Below, one piece after another: positions 63,071-64,000 of a DNA stretch of 64,000 bases (positions are counted from its first letter, which is position 1; each line of letters starts with the position of its first letter). The notes below the pieces were generated by a model. The model saw nothing but the letters and a program-made list of their open reading frames with translations, had not been told where the DNA came from and did not search any database. The DNA lies in the NCBI GenBank assembly GCA_051362555.1, contig CM120648.1:12582587-12646586 (forward strand). The letters are read 5' to 3'. Position numbers and translations under genes: made by a program. This DNA is from Lingula anatina (lineage: Eukaryota > Animalia > Brachiopoda).

Positions 63071-64000
63071 AGGGATAAAGACAGTAACTAGGCTGTTCTT
63101 CTTGTTCATGTCTTCCATGTAAAATTTCAGAATGGCCTTCCAGTTGGTCTGTTAACTTAAGATGCTTTGATTGTCATTTGTACATCCAAGGCGGAAATCA
63201 ATAATTCACTTTTCGATCAGTGTCTATAAAAGAGTTCTTATGACGTTCTATACTATAGTGGCAGTAGTTCCATTGTGGTAGCAATCCTGGTCCCAATTTC
63301 ATCAACACTAGACAGCACTATCCTCTGTGTCATTAAGCCTGACATGACAAAAAATTTGGCAATCACATCCAGAGTCAGAGATCTATGTACTAAGTTTATA
63401 GCATCATCAATTCTATTTTAAAAATATATGTGGTCATTCTACGAGAATTTCTGTTGCCAAAAGAAATCTGAAAGAAAAAAGTATTAGTTCATACATTAAA
63501 ACCACAGCAGATGTCATTATGAATTACAGCAGAAAAAAAAAACTTGGAAGTCAAATTAACAGTAACATCACTGAGAGCATCCGAGTCTAAGTCCACTGCT
63601 GACATTAGTACTGACACAACCAGATTTATCAGTTCAGCCTCATAGTCCAAATTTCGCATAGAGACAGATGAAAACAAAATGGCAAAGAACACTAACAATG
63701 TATTGTTTTTTTTTTTTTTTTTTTTTTTCAACGTCGTCCTACTGTACGTACTGAGGCATATGGTAAAATAAATAGTCAAAAGCACATTGCATCGTGATGA
63801 GAACGTCTAGAGCGCAGCTGAAACAATCTTTATAACATGTGTCCTTCACCTTTTTGGTCCAGATGTACTCCCATCTCGTCAAAATAAAGCTTGAATGACG
63901 TTTTACAAAGACTCAAATTGCTCCCACGAAGTCTACGGTTTTTCAGCCTCATCATTTCATTGTTAGTGTAGCGTTTCCGACTTTTTACAGTTTTCACACT

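Noticed and set aside
59103-63091. ORFs in the EnSpm termini, interior and 112-bp array
   Set aside because: Repeat-derived; no recognisable domain.

Overview
AT-rich animal (most likely invertebrate) genomic DNA, not prokaryotic. Most ORF-track entries are artefacts of repeats. The main feature is the 3' ~1,900 codons of a + strand polycystin-1-family gene (PKD1L/PKDREJ-like). I traced it by hand through 27 phase-consistent GT-AG exons from 381 to 43170: EGF-like Cys motif, REJ, GAIN/GPS, TM1, PLAT, TMs and the polycystin channel. Its 5' end lies upstream of the window. Downstream are the last two exons of a PQLC2/LAAT1-like PQ-loop transporter, joined by a U12-type intron; its upstream exons are not recognisable. 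Introns and intergenic DNA are filled with nested transposons: three Helentron-type non-autonomous (DINE-1/HINE-like) families, one with a 146-bp satellite expanding into a higher-order repeat; a Tc1 derivative; a hAT derivative with a 6-bp TSD; Harbinger MITEs with CWG TSDs; a CCC-ended EnSpm-like element; and an L1/Tx1 LINE fragment. The most unusual signal is that at least five splice junctions of the polycystin gene have been tandemly duplicated. Arrays of 'acceptor + exon start' decoys (17, ~30, 5, 2 and 1 copies) precede the real exons. The exon with the largest array is frame-symmetric and carries the gene's only in-frame stop codon.
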